A DNA stretch of 64,000 bases from Marinobacter sp. (lineage in GTDB: Bacteria > Pseudomonadota > Gammaproteobacteria > Pseudomonadales > Oleiphilaceae), in the NCBI RefSeq assembly GCF_052094685.1, contig NZ_JBQDKB010000011.1:505-64504 (forward strand). The letters are read 5' to 3'. A program made the translations under genes and the position numbers. Position 1 is the first letter of the stretch; the number at the start of each line of letters is the position of its first letter. Under the pieces are notes generated by a model. The model searched no databases and was not told the origin of the DNA. It worked only from the letters and a program-made list of their open reading frames with translations. Shown here one piece after another: positions 60,635-64,000 of the stretch.

Positions 60635-62320
60635 ATGAGTGAACAGGAAATTAAAGTTCCCGATCTCGGCGGGGCAGACGAAGTTGAAGTGATTGAGCTT
60701 CTGGTCAGCGCTGGCGATTCGGTTGAGGCAGAAGATCCGCTTTTAACCATTGAGACCGACAAAGCTTCGGTAGAGTTGCCATCCCCCGGCGCCGGTAAGA
60801 TCACCAAGCTTACCGTGAAGGTGGGCGACAAGGTGAAGGAAGGCGACGTTGTGGGCATGATGGAGGCAAGCGACGGATCTGGAGGGTCAGACAACTCTGG
60901 CGATTCTGACGATTCAGAAAATGAGCCGGAAGAAAAAACGGAAGATGCCCCGAAAGAGGAGTCAAAAGGTCAGGCCGAAGCGCAAGATAGCAAGCCCGCG
61001 CCGAAGAAAAAATCTGGCGGCTCCCGCAAGGAAACTGTGCTGGTCCCACCTCTTGATGGCATGGAAAACGTGCCGGTTATCGAAATCAACGTGTCTGAGG
61101 GGGACACCATCGAGGCAGACGATGCCTTGGTAACGGTTGAGTCCGATAAAGCGACTATGGAAATTCCATCGCCCTATGGCGGTAAGGTTGCAAAGATTCT
61201 GGTGGCCGAAGGCGACAAGTTGTCTGAAGGCGATAAGCTTCTGGAGCTGACCGTTGTTGAAGACGGTGATGATGAGGATGGCGGCCAAGACCAAGCGCCT
61301 ACCGATTCTGGCGAGGAAGCCAAGCCTGAGCCTAAAACAGACGAGGCAGCACAACAGAAAGAGCCAGCGGCACAGGCTCAGAGTTCCACCTACGAGCCGC
61401 CCGCACCAGGCGCCAAGGTTCATGCTGGCCCAGCCGTACGCAAGCTAGCCCGGGAGCTGGGTGCGGACATGACCCGCATCAAAGGCTCTGGCCCGAAAAG
61501 CCGGATTCTGAAAGACGATGTGCAGGATTATGTGAAGAGCCAGCTGCAGCAGTCCCAGCAGGGTGGCTCAGTGGGCACAGGCTCTGGTATTCCAGGTGTG
61601 AAGCTGCCTGACTTCAGCCAGTTTGGTGAGGTTGAGCGCGAGGCCATGTCGCGGATGATGGCGGTTACGGCCACCAACATGCAACGCAGCTGGCTGAACG
61701 TACCCCATGTGACCCAGTTTGAAGATGCAGACATCACAGATATGGAGGCTTTCCGTAAATCCCAGAAAGCCGCCGGTGAGAAAAAAGGCGTGAAGATGAC
61801 GCCGCTGCCCTTCATTTTGAAGGCCTGTGCAACCGCGCTGGCGGAGCTACCCCAGTTTAATGTGTCTCTGGATATGGAGCGCAAAGAGGTGGTTCGCAAG
61901 CAGTACATTCACATTGGTATTGCTGTGGATACGCCCAACGGGCTGATGGTTCCGGTGATTCGCGATGTGGATCAGAAGGGCCTTTGGGAGCTGGCGGCTG
62001 AAAGCGCCGAACTTGCGCAGAAGGCTAGGGATAAAAAGCTGAAGCCGGCAGAAATGCAGGGCGCCTGCTTTACCATCACCAGTTTGGGTGGTATCGGCGG
62101 CACGGCGTTTACGCCGATTGTGAATACACCGGAAGTGGCGATCCTTGGGGTATCCAAGGCGGCGATGAAGCCGGTTTGGGATGGTGCTGAGTTTCAGCCT
62201 AAGCTGATGTTGCCACTGTCGTTGTCCTACGATCATCGGGCAGTGAATGGAGCCGATGCGGCCAGATTCACCTCGCTGCTCAGCCAGCTTATGGGGGATA
62301 TCCGAACCCTGTTGCTGTAA
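60635..62320 (+). CDS. aceF: Dihydrolipoyl acetyltransferase E2 with two lipoyl domains
   Basis: 'ETDKAS', 'ESDKAT', 'HAGPAVRKLARELG', 'YDHRAVNG'; ATG at 60635. Confidence 0.97.
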   Translation: MSEQEIKVPDLGGADEVEVIELLVSAGDSVEAEDPLLTIETDKASVELPSPGAGKITKLTVKVGDKVKEGDVVGMMEASDGSGGSDNSGDSDDSENEPEEKTEDAPKEESKGQAEAQDSKPAPKKKSGGSRKETVLVPPLDGMENVPVIEINVSEGDTIEADDALVTVESDKATMEIPSPYGGKVAKILVAEGDKLSEGDKLLELTVVEDGDDEDGGQDQAPTDSGEEAKPEPKTDEAAQQKEPAAQAQSSTYEPPAPGAKVHAGPAVRKLARELGADMTRIKGSGPKSRILKDDVQDYVKSQLQQSQQGGSVGTGSGIPGVKLPDFSQFGEVEREAMSRMMAVTATNMQRSWLNVPHVTQFEDADITDMEAFRKSQKAAGEKKGVKMTPLPFILKACATALAELPQFNVSLDMERKEVVRKQYIHIGIAVDTPNGLMVPVIRDVDQKGLWELAAESAELAQKARDKKLKPAEMQGACFTITSLGGIGGTAFTPIVNTPEVAILGVSKAAMKPVWDGAEFQPKLMLPLSLSYDHRAVNGADAARFTSLLSQLMGDIRTLLL

Positions 62321-62404
62321 GCCGGTGTTGCTGGTTTTCTGATCTGGCGCAATAGGCGCTGGCAGAAGCCAGGTACACTTGCAGTTCAGATAGCACAGAG
62401 AATG

Positions 62405-62446
62405 CAAAAGGGGTGCAGAGCAATCTGTACCCCTTTTTGCTTTTTT
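62405..62446 (+). terminator. Intrinsic terminator after aceF
   Basis: AAAAGGGGTGCAGA-gcaa-TCTGTACCCCTTTTT. Confidence 0.8.
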
Positions 62447-62480
62447 GTATATAGATCGGTTTATGCCGCCAGGAGTTTGT

Positions 62481-63002
62481 ATGAGCACAGACTTGAATCT
62501 TGCAGCCATTATTTACGACAGCGACGAGCAGCCCGTGGATAAGTTGCTGCACGATATGGCCGCAAAGCTGAACCGCCGTGGTGACCGGGTGGCAGGGCTG
62601 GCCATGGCGCTAAATGCGCAAGGGCTGCGGCGAACACCCATGGCGTTGCAAGATCTGGAAACGGGCGAGGAATACTCCATTGCACAGAAACTGGGCAAAG
62701 AGTCGCAATCCTGCTGCCTGGACCCTCATGGCCTGGCAGATGCCACCAGCGTGCTACGTGCAGCTTTACAAAAGCCACCAGGGTTGGCGGTGGTGAATCG
62801 GTTTGGGCAGCAGGAAATCGACGGCAAGGGGTTTCGTGCCGAGCTTGTTCAGTTATTGGACGCGGGTATACCCGTGCTTACAGTAGTTAAGCGTAAGTTT
62901 CTTGCGCAGTGGCATGAGTTTGCGGGAGAGGGCGCGGTTGATTTGCCGTTTTCTGAGGTGGCTGTGGGGCGGTGGTGTGATGAGGTTTTGACTGATTTTT
63001 AG
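62481..63002 (+). CDS. DUF2478-family protein
   Basis: 'ISQ'-type 'IAQKLGKESQSCCLDP', 'VVNRFGQQEIDGKGFR' motifs. Confidence 0.75.
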   Translation: MSTDLNLAAIIYDSDEQPVDKLLHDMAAKLNRRGDRVAGLAMALNAQGLRRTPMALQDLETGEEYSIAQKLGKESQSCCLDPHGLADATSVLRAALQKPPGLAVVNRFGQQEIDGKGFRAELVQLLDAGIPVLTVVKRKFLAQWHEFAGEGAVDLPFSEVAVGRWCDEVLTDF

Positions 63003-63013
63003 GGCTAGAAATA

Positions 63014-63041
63014 AATACACCCCGGAAGTCCGGGGTGTATT
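63014..63041. terminator. Hairpin between the convergent DUF2478 and porin genes
   Basis: AATACACCCCGG-aagt-CCGGGGTGTATT. Confidence 0.75.
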
Positions 63042-63065
63042 CTATTGCTCGTTTAGCAGTAGGTT

Positions 63066-64000
63066 TTAGAAGTTGTACTGAGCTGCGAACATCAAGCGGT
63101 TGGCGTCTTCGCTGTTGCCCCCCTCTGACTCAGTGCTGAAGTATCCATACTCAACACCCATCATCACGTTCTGTACAGGAGTCCACATGTAGTTAACAAG
63201 AACGTTCTCTCGCGTTTCGTTCTCGTCGTTAGTGGTGAATGCTGCGTAGTCTTCAACATCAAGAGTGGTTATGCCATAGGCTATGTTGACGCTGCGACCG
63301 CCACCAAGATTCATAGAGGCGCCCAGTGTGCCACCAAAACCTGAAATGCTCTCAAGGTTGTTATTGGCGTCACGGTAAGCGTCTGAGCCGCCAGAGAGGT
63401 AGAGATACCCACTAGCACCATCTGTATAGTTTAATGCACCACGGATGGTGAACATGTCGGACAGTGCCATGCTTGCTGCGCCAAATACGCCATAACCAAG
63501 TGTCGAATCATCATTCGTGCCGTCGTCATAGGCGTTCTGTTTCACCAGAGCCGCTGCTGAATAGGCGAATCCGCCCGCGCTGTCCTCCAAACGCGCTGTC
63601 AGAGCCGGCATCCCATCTTTTTGTGAGTCGGACGGGCTGACATCGCTGGCCCCTTTCGGATCTTCAATGGAGAATGACATTGGACCAGAGGTGTAACGCA
63701 ACTGCGCTGTACGAACCTGATAGCCGGCATTCCCTGCAATACCGTTGAAATCCAGTGTAGGGGTGCTCCCTACGAAGCTTGTGTAGTTCGACCATGTTTG
63801 GCCGGCCAAAACGCCATTATAAGAGCCATAGGCATGACGCAGGCGGAAGTCTCCTCCAGAAAAGTCACCTTCGACGTTAAACATTACACCGTCAGCGTTG
63901 GTTGCTTTCAGGCCAACACGGCTTTGTTCAGCAGAAGCACCAAAGTGGCCCTCGTTTTCGCTACTTGATACTTCGTCAAAGGAGCCCGACTGAGTACTGT
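63066..64000 (-). CDS. DcaP-like trimeric outer membrane porin (5' end lies outside the window)
   Basis: Frame is open to the window edge; 'FRLRHAYG...LAGQTWS', 'VRTAQLRY', C-terminal 'AQYNF'. Confidence 0.8.
   Translation of the reverse strand, partial: STQSGSFDEVSSSENEGHFGASAEQSRVGLKATNADGVMFNVEGDFSGGDFRLRHAYGSYNGVLAGQTWSNYTSFVGSTPTLDFNGIAGNAGYQVRTAQLRYTSGPMSFSIEDPKGASDVSPSDSQKDGMPALTARLEDSAGGFAYSAAALVKQNAYDDGTNDDSTLGYGVFGAASMALSDMFTIRGALNYTDGASGYLYLSGGSDAYRDANNNLESISGFGGTLGASMNLGGGRSVNIAYGITTLDVEDYAAFTTNDENETRENVLVNYMWTPVQNVMMGVEYGYFSTESEGGNSEDANRLMFAAQYNF

Noticed and set aside
62321-62480. No lpd (E3) gene after aceEF
   Set aside because: This is the usual arrangement in pseudomonads and relatives, where lpd lies with sucAB or elsewhere.

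Overview
Chromosomal window from a marine gammaproteobacterium. Gene order and protein sequences look most like Marinobacter; this is an inference. The first ~30 kb are conserved core: ratAB-bamE-fur-recN-grpE-dnaK-dnaJ-dapB-carAB-greA-yhbY-ftsH-folP-glmM-tpiA-secG-tRNA-Leu-rimP-nusA-infB-rbfA-truB-rpsO-pnp. Two usual residents of this core block are missing: rlmE before ftsH, and tRNA-Met before rimP, whose place is taken by a structured RNA. The second half is more accessory. It holds a DUF3015/DUF4105(Lnb-like)/hydrolase operon, a livKHMGF transporter, a CosR/EctR-like MarR regulator, and a ~9 kb dialkylresorcinol (darAB) cluster with ACP, KS/CLF pair, BtrH-like enzyme, a fused ApeI/ApeP-like dehydratase and an ABC exporter. 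Further on are cnoX, a large lipoprotein gene interrupted at a G10 tract and coupled to a beta-barrel gene, an operon of lipoprotein, fatty-acid-hydroxylase-family enzyme and a tiny DEHAG-repeat secreted protein, an orphan KamA-type aminomutase, aceEF, a DUF2478 gene and a partial DcaP-like porin. No CRISPR array, rRNA, transposase or integrase was seen. The best candidates for an undescribed system are the dar cluster, the G-tract lipoprotein/barrel pair and the DEHAG/desaturase operon. All family assignments are by eye from motifs, not database searches.
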